Assembly: GCA_044378055.1 (NCBI GenBank)
Contig: JBILXY010000002.1
Location: 27,122 to 91,121 of the forward strand
Direction of reading: 5' to 3'
Source of the DNA: Bdellovibrionales bacterium
GTDB lineage: Bacteria > Patescibacteriota > JACMRA01
DNA: 64,000 nucleotides
Made by a program: the position numbers and the translations under genes
Part shown: one piece after another, positions 17,153 through 27,110 of the stretch
How the letters are laid out: every line of letters starts with the position of its first letter
How positions within the stretch are numbered: the stretch's first letter is position 1
Notes under the pieces: generated by a model
What the model saw: the letters and a program-made list of their open reading frames with translations, nothing else
What the model was told of the DNA's origin: nothing
The model's database searches: none

Positions 17153-18808
17153 TTATATTAGATAGGCTTTTATTAAATATTCATTTAACATTCTGTTTGT
17201 GTTGAAATGACTGGCGTTAATAGCAATGCAATTTTTTTGAATTTTTAGCCAACTTTCAAAATCATTTTTATACATAGGCAGAATTATTTCTTCAAGTTTG
17301 AAATATAAATCATGTAATTGTGCATCCGCCAATTTTCCTTCATCCATTTCATTTTCACCCAAAGCCCAGCCAGTAACACCCTCAGTCCAGCCTTCAACCC
17401 ACCAGCCATCTAAAGTTGAAATGTTTGGCACGCCGTTTAAAGATGCTTTCATACCACTAGTTCCAGAAGCTTCAATTGGAACAACAGGGTTGTTTAGCCA
17501 AATATCAACGCCAGCAGTCATCAAACTTCCAATTTCAATATTATAGTTAGGAAGGTAAACAATTTTCAAAAACGACTCTTCCTTTTTACTTGCCTGATAA
17601 ATCTTTTTAATGAAGTTTTCACCCTCAGGTTCATTTGGATAAGCTTTTCCTGAAAAAATAATTTGTAACCCACCAAACTTTTTGGCTATTTTTTCCAGTT
17701 TATCTATGTCAGTTAGGATGAAATCTGCCCTTTTATAACCTACCATTCTTCTGGCGAAACCTATGGTAAATATTTTTTTATCTAATTTTATATTTACAGT
17801 GTTCTGAACATAGTCCAATAAGTTTTCCTTAGCTTCGGCGTGAGCCCAGGCAATTTCCTGCGGCGAAACAACAGCACAAAGCTTAAGGTTTTCTGGTGAA
17901 CTTTTCCAGTTCAAAACATATCTTGAAAATAAACTTTCAAAAGGTTTGGAAACCCAAGTATTAACATGAATACCGTTTGTTATAGCATCAATTTTGTATT
18001 CTGGATACATTTGGCTTGTTACTAGATTATGCCTTTTGGAAACTCCATTACTAAATTTTGCACTGAACAATGCTAAATCAGTCATGTTCATAGAACCTTC
18101 TTGCCATAAATTATCTGGAAGATAGGAAAAATATTCCCCAAGCGTAGATTGCAAAACTTCTTTAGAATAATGGGTGTGAGCAGTTGCCAACGGTGTATGA
18201 GTTGTAAACACCACTCTTTTCTTAACTTCACTCCACATTGCTAATTGTTTCTTTAATTCTAAAGCAGCAAATATAGAGTGGCTTTCGTTGCAGTGGTAAT
18301 TTTGAATATTTTTATGACCAAGAAGTTCTAAAACTTGCACCCCACCAACTCCAAGCAACATTTCTTGTGCGATTCTAACCGACTTATTGGCTGGATAAAC
18401 ATGGCTTGATATCTCTCTCATTTCTGTTGAGTTTTCGGGAAGATCTGCATCCAAAAAATATATTGGAACTTCGTGGCCACCAACCCCAATTACTTCATAT
18501 TTCCATACTTTAAAGGTAACTTTTTGACCACTTATTAACAGTGAATGTTGAATGTTTGTTGGCATTAAATAATCTTCATATTTCCAAACATCATCAGATT
18601 CAATTTGTTCACCTGTTTCAGAAATTTCCTGTTTAAACCAACCATTTTTATACAAAATTGAAACCCCAAACATATTTACACCAAGATCTGCTGCCGATTT
18701 AATAGTATCACCAGCTAAAATGCCCAAACCCCCGCAATAGGTTTTCATTTCACTTTTAATCCCAAATTCAAGGCATAAATAAGCAACGCTAGTTGGTAAA
18801 ATGGACAT
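17153..18808 (-). CDS. glgP: Alpha-glucan (glycogen/maltodextrin) phosphorylase, GT35.
   Basis: GGLGILAGDTIKSAADLG near the N-terminus, and the PLP-lysine region EASGTSGMKA. Confidence 0.8.
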   Translation of the reverse strand: MSILPTSVAYLCLEFGIKSEMKTYCGGLGILAGDTIKSAADLGVNMFGVSILYKNGWFKQEISETGEQIESDDVWKYEDYLMPTNIQHSLLISGQKVTFKVWKYEVIGVGGHEVPIYFLDADLPENSTEMREISSHVYPANKSVRIAQEMLLGVGGVQVLELLGHKNIQNYHCNESHSIFAALELKKQLAMWSEVKKRVVFTTHTPLATAHTHYSKEVLQSTLGEYFSYLPDNLWQEGSMNMTDLALFSAKFSNGVSKRHNLVTSQMYPEYKIDAITNGIHVNTWVSKPFESLFSRYVLNWKSSPENLKLCAVVSPQEIAWAHAEAKENLLDYVQNTVNIKLDKKIFTIGFARRMVGYKRADFILTDIDKLEKIAKKFGGLQIIFSGKAYPNEPEGENFIKKIYQASKKEESFLKIVYLPNYNIEIGSLMTAGVDIWLNNPVVPIEASGTSGMKASLNGVPNISTLDGWWVEGWTEGVTGWALGENEMDEGKLADAQLHDLYFKLEEIILPMYKNDFESWLKIQKNCIAINASHFNTNRMLNEYLIKAYLI

Positions 18809-18912
18809 ATATATGTTATTTTAGTTCGTATATTAAATTTTGTCTAAAGATTATTTTAAATTAGAATGAGAGATATTCAGACACGATAATGTCAACACTA
18901 TCATACTAAACT

Positions 18913-18934
18913 TGAAGACTGGGAGTCTCCGCTA
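18913..18934 (+). repeat. REP-like element, family A (one stem substitution).
   Basis: GAAGACTGGGAGTCTCCGCTAC, 11 nt beyond the stop of the minus-strand GT26-Nudix gene. Confidence 0.75.
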
Positions 18935-18944
18935 CTGACGATTT

Positions 18945-20483
18945 CTATCTATCCTCGTGCATTTTTTGCCAAATAAACTTTTCCCATAAAATTCTTTTAT
19001 CAGCACTTAACACTGAACTTATATCGCTAACTGGCCACCATTTCGCTCTCTGGTTTTCCCAGTTGGTTTTAGGGTGAAGATCTGAACCAATATACTGAAT
19101 TAATTGAACATAATTGATAGTTCTATTATATTTAGCTCCCCATAAAATGTATCTTATTAAAGAGAGTGAAGACATTTCAACCCCCACTTCAACCGGCTTA
19201 CCAATTGGAATTAAATCGGAATAAGCCAAATTTGTTTCTTCAGTAGCTTCTCTAAGGGCTGCGAAAGCTAACTCTTCACCTTTTTCAATTTCGCCTTGAA
19301 CCATGCTCCAGCCTGTGTCTGAAGGTAAGATATTGTAACGCTCGACAAGCAAGAAAGGACTTGTGGCTGAAATATTTACTTGGTTTTGAATCGAAAATGA
19401 ACGATGTATAGCTGCATGCACAGTTTCTCTGGCTTCCCCCTTTTGCATAAATTCCTGCAAAGTTGTCCAAAACCACAAGGTTACAATTGAATCTATAATT
19501 CTAACTCTTCTGTATGGCTGATTATAAAACCGGAAAAGCCATTCCAAACCAATAGATTGCAAAAACTTTGGCGCCTCAGTTTGTTTAGCCCCACCACCTA
19601 AATGATCAACAGCAGCCCCAATTCCTGTAGCTAATGTAAAACTGATCTCTTTATCATTGCACAAATTATCTATAAAAAATTCTTGTTTACCACTTCCACC
19701 TCCAAAACAGGTTAGAATTAAATCTGGCTTTTCTTTGCGAATAAATTCCTTGGCTTCAAACAAATCTGGAAATACTTGGAACAAATTATTACTTGTTACC
19801 AACACTTTCTGGTTAGAAATTAAACTAAGTACCTTATCTACTAAATTACTTGCTGGTCTTTTGGTCACAACTGGCTGAATATCCCTCATCAAGTTAGATT
19901 TTGTATCTTTGGTCCAAGTGACCAGATTAATATCTGGAAATAGTTTGGAAACTAAATTTTTGGTTACCTCGTCGCTGTTTGAATTGCCTCCCAAAATAAC
20001 CGTCTTCCATTTCTTTTCTTCTGCAATTTTAAACAAATCATAAACCAAATCACGACCTAAAATTGTTTGATTCCTGGTTCTTGCAGTAAAATTAATTTTT
20101 AAAATTAAACTGAATAAACCTGAAAAAAGGTTAATGACCAACTCTAAAACAAAGAAAATAAGAAAAATTGGTAACCTAAAAATTATTGGCCAATTTATAA
20201 TAAATTGCGAGTAAACTGTTGGTAAAGTACTAATCTTCATTGTTCTCCACATGGCCCAGTGTAAACCTTTTCCATCAATAGCAGTAATATTAGCTCGGTT
20301 TAAAACCTCTTTGTAAGAAGGGTTTCGGTTAGCCCGAAGCAAAAATTCACTATAGAAAAAATACAAACTGGTTTTACTACCTTCTTTTAAATTTTTAATT
20401 TCGTTTTTTAAGGAAATTTTACTTATTTGTGGAAGTTTTACCCCCATAAGCAAAGGAATTGGCATGACAAATTTTTGATTCAA
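18945..20483 (-). CDS. WecB/TagA/CpsF (GT26) glycosyltransferase fused to a C-terminal Nudix hydrolase domain.
   Basis: The GT26 core shows ITAIDGKGLHWAM, ILGGNSN, LILTCFGGGSGKQEFF and GIGAAVDHLGGGAKQTEAPKFLQSIGLEWLFRFYNQPYRRVRI. The Nudix box is GEIEKGEELAFAALREATEETNL (Gx5Ex7REUxEExxU). A hydrophobic insert (PIFLIFFVLELVINLFSGLFSLIL) lies near the N-terminus. Confidence 0.8.
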   Translation of the reverse strand: MNQKFVMPIPLLMGVKLPQISKISLKNEIKNLKEGSKTSLYFFYSEFLLRANRNPSYKEVLNRANITAIDGKGLHWAMWRTMKISTLPTVYSQFIINWPIIFRLPIFLIFFVLELVINLFSGLFSLILKINFTARTRNQTILGRDLVYDLFKIAEEKKWKTVILGGNSNSDEVTKNLVSKLFPDINLVTWTKDTKSNLMRDIQPVVTKRPASNLVDKVLSLISNQKVLVTSNNLFQVFPDLFEAKEFIRKEKPDLILTCFGGGSGKQEFFIDNLCNDKEISFTLATGIGAAVDHLGGGAKQTEAPKFLQSIGLEWLFRFYNQPYRRVRIIDSIVTLWFWTTLQEFMQKGEARETVHAAIHRSFSIQNQVNISATSPFLLVERYNILPSDTGWSMVQGEIEKGEELAFAALREATEETNLAYSDLIPIGKPVEVGVEMSSLSLIRYILWGAKYNRTINYVQLIQYIGSDLHPKTNWENQRAKWWPVSDISSVLSADKRILWEKFIWQKMHEDR

Positions 20484-20526
20484 GATGCTTGGAAAGTCAA
20501 GCCGGTGAAAATGATTCAGATTTGAT

Positions 20527-22059
20527 TTACTTATCCAAATCCAAAATCCAGGCTGCTAAGCTTCTTACGCTTTGCCCTGTTGCTCCATCTACTTCAAGAT
20601 TGTTGTGGTTCTTATTCCAAACGCTTCCGGCAATATCTAAGTGAGCCCAAGCATAGGCTTTAGGTTCTTTAATATTCAGCTTTGAATTTCTAAAATTTCT
20701 TTGATCCACGAAATGACTTAAGAACAAACCTGCAGTTAAATGCCCAGCCATAGGACCAATTTTACTGGTATTAACAAACTGCCCAACTTTTCCCTTTACT
20801 TCTTTTCTTAAAACTTCTGGCAAAGGTGTGTGCACTGTTTTTTCTCCTTCTTGAATAAAAGTTGCCTCCAATGTACTAATCAATCTGTAATCATTTCCCA
20901 TCATAGCTGTGTAATGTTCAGAAACTGATCTTACTGCGGCACCGGTTAAAGTTGCGGTGTCAATAATGTAATCTGGATCTTGCAGCGTTGCTAAGGTTAA
21001 AGCATCAGCCAAAGTTAATCTTCCTTCAGCGTCTGTGTTCCAAATTTCTACAGTCTGACCAGAATATGTGGTTAAAACATCGTCGCTTTTATAGCTTGCA
21101 CCATCTACCATATTCTCAACCCAGGCTGAAATCCAGTGGACTTCAGTATTTTGCAAATCCATATCAGACAAAGTTTTCATAACACCAAACATTGTGGCAC
21201 TTCCACCCATATCTACTTTCATAGTCTTCATAAACCCACCCACTTTAATATCCAAACCTCCGGAATCATAGGTTACGCCTTTTCCAACCAAACATACCTT
21301 GTTTTTCACTTCACCTTTTGGTTTAATTATTACATGGACCATAGTTGGGTTGTGCCTGCTAGATCTGCCTACAAATGTAATTCCTTCCATCCCTAGTTCT
21401 TGCATTTTGTCGTAATCAATATGTTTAATTTCCACAGAGGCGTTGTCTCCCAATTCTTTTTTAACAAGCGGTGGCAAAGTTGTAGGGTTAATATTTTCAG
21501 GAATATCATCTACCAAACTTCTGGTTAAAGTAATACCGTCATTAAGAGCCTTAAAATTGGAGATGAATTCATCAGTAACCAAAGTGTTTAATTCAGAATC
21601 AAAGTAAACCGAAATTTGCTTGTTCTTAGCTTCCTTTTCAGGTAAATAAGTATCTAAATTCCAGCTAGCCTGAGAAATTCCCAACACTAAATCGAACAAA
21701 TTTTTGGAAAACTTACCAAAGGAATTAGGTGTTTGTTCAGCAAAAATGCTGTGATTATTTAAAACCAAAGCTGTGAGGCTGTAACCTGCAATTTTATTAT
21801 ATATTTTTGCTCCTAAATTGTATAAATTAATTTTATAAAACGGATCAATGGTTTTTTGCTTGGCTTCGAAAGTTAAACCTACAAATAAGGTACTGCTTTC
21901 TGGAAAAACTGCTATTTCTGCATATTTTCCTGTAAATTTAATGTTTTTAAAAGTTTGTTGAATTCCGGTATCCAAATTTTCAAGTTCAGCTGATGTTAAA
22001 AATTTAATGTTCCAAGTTGTATTTTCTTGTGGTGTAGTATTCGTAATAATTGTTAACAT
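20527..22059 (-). CDS. pepA: Leucyl aminopeptidase (M17).
   Basis: VGKGVTYDSGGLDIK and NTDAEGRLTLAD. Confidence 0.85.
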   Translation of the reverse strand: MLTIITNTTPQENTTWNIKFLTSAELENLDTGIQQTFKNIKFTGKYAEIAVFPESSTLFVGLTFEAKQKTIDPFYKINLYNLGAKIYNKIAGYSLTALVLNNHSIFAEQTPNSFGKFSKNLFDLVLGISQASWNLDTYLPEKEAKNKQISVYFDSELNTLVTDEFISNFKALNDGITLTRSLVDDIPENINPTTLPPLVKKELGDNASVEIKHIDYDKMQELGMEGITFVGRSSRHNPTMVHVIIKPKGEVKNKVCLVGKGVTYDSGGLDIKVGGFMKTMKVDMGGSATMFGVMKTLSDMDLQNTEVHWISAWVENMVDGASYKSDDVLTTYSGQTVEIWNTDAEGRLTLADALTLATLQDPDYIIDTATLTGAAVRSVSEHYTAMMGNDYRLISTLEATFIQEGEKTVHTPLPEVLRKEVKGKVGQFVNTSKIGPMAGHLTAGLFLSHFVDQRNFRNSKLNIKEPKAYAWAHLDIAGSVWNKNHNNLEVDGATGQSVRSLAAWILDLDK

Positions 22060-22186
22060 AATCTATTAAGTAGAGGGATAGAAAAAAACCCTTGTTTAGT
22101 CAACCATTTAAGAAAAAAGGGGGATTCGCCTAAAAAAAATAGCTTAATAATTTAAGCTAAGTTCTAGTTTTTTCATTTGAAAGTAA

Positions 22187-22528
22187 TTAGTTAAAAACAA
22201 CTTCAAAGAGGTTAAGCTGGATTTCTTGGCCTTCATAGATAGTTGAAAGTACTTCTCCATCAGGCAAACAACAAACGTTTGAGATTGTATCGCCTGTCTT
22301 GAACATATAAATGTCGGAATTGGCTGTAGGCAAATGTCTTGTAAAGACAAATGGCAAGACAATCGATTCATTAAATGGTACAGGTGTTCGCACAAATTCT
22401 TCATCTATGGAGGAGGCTTCCTGTGCTGGAACTCTGAAATATCCAGTAACTGGATTGTTTAAATCTATTACGGTATGTCCACCATTTACTGAGTGGACTT
22501 TTTTTAAATCATGTATACTAGATGGCAT
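22187..22528 (-). CDS. Orphan hypothetical protein (113 aa).
   Basis: The longest ORF at this locus. A second frame (22144..22404) overlaps it. No family recognised. Confidence 0.35.
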   Translation of the reverse strand: MPSSIHDLKKVHSVNGGHTVIDLNNPVTGYFRVPAQEASSIDEEFVRTPVPFNESIVLPFVFTRHLPTANSDIYMFKTGDTISNVCCLPDGEVLSTIYEGQEIQLNLFEVVFN

Positions 22529-22633
22529 AAATCCAAAATCTCCAACTTAATTGCACTACAACTTATGGCACACTTTTTGAATAAGCGCAAGATCTAATAT
22601 ATTATACAGAATTAAGCCCAAAATAAGTCGCCC

Positions 22634-23704
22634 TTACCCTTTCCCCTCTTCCTTCTTAGAAAATACTTTTTGGTGTAAATCTCTTATTTGCCAGTCGCTT
22701 ACATGGGTGTAAATTTGAGTGGTGGAAATGTTGGAGTGTCCTAAAAGTGTCTGAACTGAGCGTAAATCTCCTCCTTCGGTTAAAATTTTAGTGGCAAAAC
22801 TGTGACGAAGTGTGTGAGGTGTTATGTGTTTGTAAATTCCTAAACGGTTAGCATAACTTTGTAACATCATTTGCACCATTCTGGAAGTTAAAGGCTTTTG
22901 TTTCTTCAAATCTTTGGTCCTATTTTTACTGAATGAAATAAACAACCATGGGTTTTCGTCGTTTCCTCTTAAATGCAGGTATTCGTGGATTGCTTCCACT
23001 GCCACAGGGGCCAAAAAAGCCGAACGAACTTTACCACCTTTACCCTGAATTAAAAGCTGATTCTCGGAAATTCTATCATTTTTAGACAAGTTTTCTTCTG
23101 GAATAATTTCTTCATTCTCTAAATTATTCTGGTCTTGCAAATCGCTAGATTCAATGGCTAGACTATCTTCTGTCCTTTTAGAATAATCTGTTGGAATTTG
23201 TGCCTTTTTTAAACTAAGCAGTTCCGACAAACGCAGTCCAGAGCCAAATAGTGTTAGCACAATAGCTTGGTTTCTTTTTTTCTGAACATCAGCCACCTTG
23301 TGTGAATCTTGAATAATTACTTGAACCAGTTTTTGAACTTCAGCGTCGCTTAAAAATTCAATTTTTCTCATTCTAGTTTTAGGTAATTCAAGCCGGTCTG
23401 GAGAAAGCACCAAAGCCCCATTTTTAATTAAAAATTTTAGAAAAGAACGCAAAACCACAATCTGATAGGCCTGGGTTTTCAAACTAATTTTGTCCCCTCG
23501 AATAGATTCTTGCTTGTTCAAAAATACCCTATACCTATTTACAGTATCCATATCAATCTGATTTGTTCTAACAATTCCAGTTTTATCTAAAAACTTTTCA
23601 AATCTCTCCATAGTAGCCCTGTAATTTCTTACAGTATTAAGTGAATACTGCTTGGTTAGTTCGCAATAAAGCAAAAAATCCTCCATATCTCTTTTGAACG
23701 ACAT
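22634..23704 (-). CDS. Tyrosine site-specific recombinase (XerC/XerD type) with an acidic/Asn-rich insertion.
   Basis: The C-terminal catalytic region is HTLRHSFATKILTEGGDLRSVQTLLGHSNISTTQIYTHV. An insertion of roughly 50 aa (TEDSLAIESSDLQDQNNLENEEIIPEENLSKNDRISENQ) precedes GKGGKVR. Confidence 0.8.
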   Translation of the reverse strand: MSFKRDMEDFLLYCELTKQYSLNTVRNYRATMERFEKFLDKTGIVRTNQIDMDTVNRYRVFLNKQESIRGDKISLKTQAYQIVVLRSFLKFLIKNGALVLSPDRLELPKTRMRKIEFLSDAEVQKLVQVIIQDSHKVADVQKKRNQAIVLTLFGSGLRLSELLSLKKAQIPTDYSKRTEDSLAIESSDLQDQNNLENEEIIPEENLSKNDRISENQLLIQGKGGKVRSAFLAPVAVEAIHEYLHLRGNDENPWLFISFSKNRTKDLKKQKPLTSRMVQMMLQSYANRLGIYKHITPHTLRHSFATKILTEGGDLRSVQTLLGHSNISTTQIYTHVSDWQIRDLHQKVFSKKEEGKG

Positions 23705-23748
23705 AATAATGATTAACTAAAATGACTTCGTATAAATGTCAAACTTTT

Positions 23749-24924
23749 TTAGCTATCTCTTGCAATAAGGTAAGCAGACATATCTCTGATAAATGTTATT
23801 CCATTATTATCTTTATCAAAGGAAGAATAAATTATATCCAAAGCTTCTGCGTTTTCTTTTTGACACCTATCTTTTATTTGATCGACCACTCCACTTTCAA
23901 TCATTTTTTGTTTAAGCTGATCAATTTCTGAATTGGAAATATTTGCATTACCAAGTTGTTCTTTAAGTATTAGTCTTTCCTCATCATTTAACTGATTATA
24001 ATAAGTGGACATCATTAAAGTTCTTTTTCCTTCAACAATATCAGCTTTGCTTGGCTTACCTGTTTTATTTTCATCACCAAACAAACTAATTATATCATCA
24101 GTAAGCTGATAAACTAAACCAATTTTTTCACCAGCAATGTTAAAAGAGGCAATTTGGGAATCTGAAGCGCCAGCCAAAGTTGCCCCAAGTAAAAGTGGCT
24201 TCTGAATTGAATAATTTCCAGACTTCAAGATTAACATATGTTCAATGTTGGCAGGATCTAAAGTATCAAAATCGGCCATTCCAACCCCATAACAATCGTC
24301 TAGCTGGCCTGAGATAAGTTCAAATTGCATTTGATAAAACAGGGTTTTCATAGCATCTACGGCTGGGGAAGAGGGCAATTTACCAATTACTTCCTGTGAA
24401 AGCATGTAGGCGAAATCTCCGGCTAGAATTGTTGCCCCCAAAGCAAAATGATTTGCTCTATTTTCTAGATTCTTATGGAGACCAGGATGATTATCTAACA
24501 AATCTTGCTTAAAATAATCTTGGTAAAAACTTTGAACCGTTGGCGAACCTCTGCGGGTTAAAGATTCATCAATAATATCGTCGTGAATTAGGGCGAAGGT
24601 GTGAAACAATTCCAATGCAATTCCAACTTGAATTATTGTTTCCATTTCTTGCTTGTTTGGGGCTTTTCCTGAGGCAAGAAAACCAAAATAAGTTAGTGCA
24701 GGTCTAATTCTTTTTCCAGCGGATTTAACTTCTAAAATAACCCGGTAAATTTCTTTAAGATTTATTTCTGCAGTTGGGTTTATATGTGATGCTTGCTGAA
24801 TTTTGTTAAGCAAAAATATGCTTAGTTGATTGTCGAAATTGGTTTTAAAATCAATCAGCTGTTCCTTAAAGTTCATAAGTATTGAATATTCTACAAAATT
24901 GGGGTAAAGGGTGTTCCTTGTCAA
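23749..24924 (-). CDS. Polyprenyl diphosphate synthase (trans-IPPS family).
   Basis: First Asp-rich motif LIHDDIIDES and second Asp-rich motif QLTDDIISLFGD. An alternative start is at 24876 (MNFKEQL). Confidence 0.8.
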   Translation of the reverse strand: MTRNTLYPNFVEYSILMNFKEQLIDFKTNFDNQLSIFLLNKIQQASHINPTAEINLKEIYRVILEVKSAGKRIRPALTYFGFLASGKAPNKQEMETIIQVGIALELFHTFALIHDDIIDESLTRRGSPTVQSFYQDYFKQDLLDNHPGLHKNLENRANHFALGATILAGDFAYMLSQEVIGKLPSSPAVDAMKTLFYQMQFELISGQLDDCYGVGMADFDTLDPANIEHMLILKSGNYSIQKPLLLGATLAGASDSQIASFNIAGEKIGLVYQLTDDIISLFGDENKTGKPSKADIVEGKRTLMMSTYYNQLNDEERLILKEQLGNANISNSEIDQLKQKMIESGVVDQIKDRCQKENAEALDIIYSSFDKDNNGITFIRDMSAYLIARDS

Positions 24925-24936
24925 TTTAATCTTTCA

Positions 24937-24967
24937 AATAAAAAATCCGACAAACAATCTGTCGGAT
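24937..24967 (-). terminator. Intrinsic terminator.
   Basis: ATCCGACA-7 nt-TGTCGGAT (8-bp stem) followed on the minus strand by TTTTTTATTT. Confidence 0.7.
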
Positions 24968-24980
24968 CAAAATTAGCAGA

Positions 24981-25184
24981 CTATTCTACAAACCAACAAA
25001 TACCAAAGACAATAAAGAAACAAATTAGAGATCCAAGCCCCTGTTGTATTTCAAATATTTTAATGGCTTCTGAAATCGATATTGCGGTGGAATATCCACT
25101 TAGCCCTTTTGCCAAAAGAGCAATCGAGAATCCAAGAAATCCAAAGGCAATTATATACAAAATATCGCGATAACTAATTTGCAT
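24981..25184 (-). CDS. Small membrane protein (67 aa, 2 predicted TM).
   Basis: Hydrophobic ORF with its own terminator. Confidence 0.45.
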   Translation of the reverse strand: MQISYRDILYIIAFGFLGFSIALLAKGLSGYSTAISISEAIKIFEIQQGLGSLICFFIVFGICWFVE

Positions 25185-25350
25185 TTATTCCTCCAAAATG
25201 ATCTTATTATTTAATAATCTCTAAAATATATCATAGTCAAATTATCCCTTCTCTATGTTGATTTAAAATAGATTATAAAAAAGCCTGAATAATCATTATT
25301 TCATAAGTTTCAAACAACCTTGATTTGTTGAGTAATGTCTAAATTTAGCA

Positions 25351-25374
25351 ACGAAAAAGGTCTCTTGTGAGACC
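25351..25374 (-). terminator. Intrinsic terminator.
   Basis: GGTCTC-ACAA-GAGACC followed by TTTTTCGTT on the minus strand. Confidence 0.65.
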
Positions 25375-25398
25375 ATAGATAGTGATGCTTGTTAAAGC

Positions 25399-25611
25399 CT
25401 AGTTTATATTCCACCTTGTCTTATTTTCAGAAAGTAAGATTGTGAACGCTAAAACGCCGGGCAGCAAGGTAAACGCCGAGAAGCAGCAAAATGCAAATTT
25501 TAGGTTGATGTCTTGAGTTGTAAAAGCTGAAATCCAAGCGACAGCGCCTGTCAACGATGCTAATATAGCACTTAGTAAGAAGAATGTACGGCCATTACAT
25601 GGATTTTTCAT
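25399..25611 (-). CDS. Small membrane protein (70 aa).
   Basis: Two hydrophobic segments, with a terminator downstream. Confidence 0.45.
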   Translation of the reverse strand: MKNPCNGRTFFLLSAILASLTGAVAWISAFTTQDINLKFAFCCFSAFTLLPGVLAFTILLSENKTRWNIN

Positions 25612-25667
25612 GAAAATCTCTCTTATTGCATGTGCGCTTTTACCCTTGGTTATAACCTAACTTTTCG

Positions 25668-27041
25668 TCAAATAAATGCTAGTACAACCATTACGCCATA
25701 AAATATAACACAAGCTAAAACAGACAATATATTAAACATTCTAGGCTTAGTTTCATTGGGTAAGCTTAAGTTTAATTTCAGCAAAAATATTGGATATAAA
25801 GCCATAATAAAAGCAGATGTGGTAGCAGAAATTTGTAATAAACCTGCTGGTTGATTAAACCCAGGAATAATAGCAGTAAACAGCAAAATAACCATTCCTA
25901 TAACCGCAGATAACTGACTTAATCTTTCAGATTTGAATTTAGAAAAAACCTTTGAGCCGGTATTTTTAAGAAGCCTGCCGGTGGCATCTAAAATAGTCAT
26001 CTGTGCCATGAAGAACAGAAGAAAAATTCCCAAAGCCCAAGCAAAGCCTGCTCCAAAAGTTAATTGATTTAATTTATCTACTTGAAAAGTTAAAATGCCA
26101 AAACCAACTTTATTTGAACCAGGAAGTAAAACTGCTGAAATAATGGCGATTAGAAATATTCCTACAAAATTTCCCAGATAAAATAAAATGAAGTGTTCCT
26201 TCCAAATTAAACTCCACCAATTTTTAAAGTTATTAACACTTTCTTCATTCCAAACTATATTCAAATCAGCTGAAGTTTCCCGATTTACAATGTTACTCTG
26301 TTTTGTAGATAAAGAATTACCAACAAGAGATTGTTCATTCTTCATTATTAATTCTTCATTATTAATTTCTAATTGCTGATTGATTCCGTAACCTTTCTTT
26401 GAAACCCAGTCGCTTTGCACTAAATTCAAAACACCAGCCACTCCACCAAAGGCCAACGCCGAGACAAAAGTAATCCTATCATTATTTTTAGGCCACCAAC
26501 CACTTTCAAAGTTAAATTTAATATTTGCTAAATCTGGGGAAAGCCGAATTAAGGTGTATATACCTATAGTTAAAATAATTAACAGCCCGAACCTAGCAAT
26601 ATTTTCCAAAATTTGGTAACTTTTTTTACTCTGCCAAATTAAGATCTGAAACCCAAGTAAAACCAAAGCAAACCAAGCTCCGTAACTGCCAAAGCCAATT
26701 GTATAGGCAAAAATATTTCCAGCAATAGAAATCCAAGCTGGCCAGGCAAGACTAATAATAATTCCAAAAATGAACAATGGCCCCAGCCAAGAATGTCTGT
26801 CAATCATGCCTTTTAAGGTATTTTTTCCAGTTACAATAGAGTATCTTTCAATTTCCAAATTTACCATGAACTGCAAGAACAAAATTAATGGAACTGCCCA
26901 CAAAATGGTTAAAGAATATCTACCAACTAAATCTGGCCATAAAAGCATTTCACCACCATTAAGGCTTAAAGCCACAAAAATAATAGAAGGACCAAGTAGT
27001 TGCCACAAAGTTTTTTTAGCCGCAGGAAAAATCATAGACAA
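25668..27041 (-). CDS. Nramp-related multipass membrane transporter (divergent).
   Basis: The N-terminus GPSIIFVALSLNGGEMLLWPDLVGRYSLTILW...LQFMVNLEIERYSIVTGKN parallels Nramp GPGxLxSxAxxDPGNxxTxxxAGAxxGYxLLW...QxxxxRLGxVTGK. The DPGN metal-binding motif is replaced by LNGGE. Confidence 0.45.
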   Translation of the reverse strand: MSMIFPAAKKTLWQLLGPSIIFVALSLNGGEMLLWPDLVGRYSLTILWAVPLILFLQFMVNLEIERYSIVTGKNTLKGMIDRHSWLGPLFIFGIIISLAWPAWISIAGNIFAYTIGFGSYGAWFALVLLGFQILIWQSKKSYQILENIARFGLLIILTIGIYTLIRLSPDLANIKFNFESGWWPKNNDRITFVSALAFGGVAGVLNLVQSDWVSKKGYGINQQLEINNEELIMKNEQSLVGNSLSTKQSNIVNRETSADLNIVWNEESVNNFKNWWSLIWKEHFILFYLGNFVGIFLIAIISAVLLPGSNKVGFGILTFQVDKLNQLTFGAGFAWALGIFLLFFMAQMTILDATGRLLKNTGSKVFSKFKSERLSQLSAVIGMVILLFTAIIPGFNQPAGLLQISATTSAFIMALYPIFLLKLNLSLPNETKPRMFNILSVLACVIFYGVMVVLAFI

Positions 27042-27110
27042 ATTGTACTCAACTCAAGAATTTTGGTAAAGTTACTTTACAAACCAAGTAAGTAAATTCA
27101 ACAAGATATT

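Noticed and set aside
22144-22404. Alternative 86-aa ORF overlapping the 113-aa orphan ORF.
   Set aside because: It is the shorter of two mutually exclusive frames. Neither frame has supporting evidence, so I listed only the longer one, at low confidence.
22570-22605. Possible dif-like Xer site (GCGCAAGATCTAATATATTATACAGAAT) downstream of the recombinase gene.
   Set aside because: It matches dif consensus arms only partially (7 of 11 in the XerD arm), and the arm spacing is 3 nt too long. In AT-rich DNA this is not distinguishable from chance.
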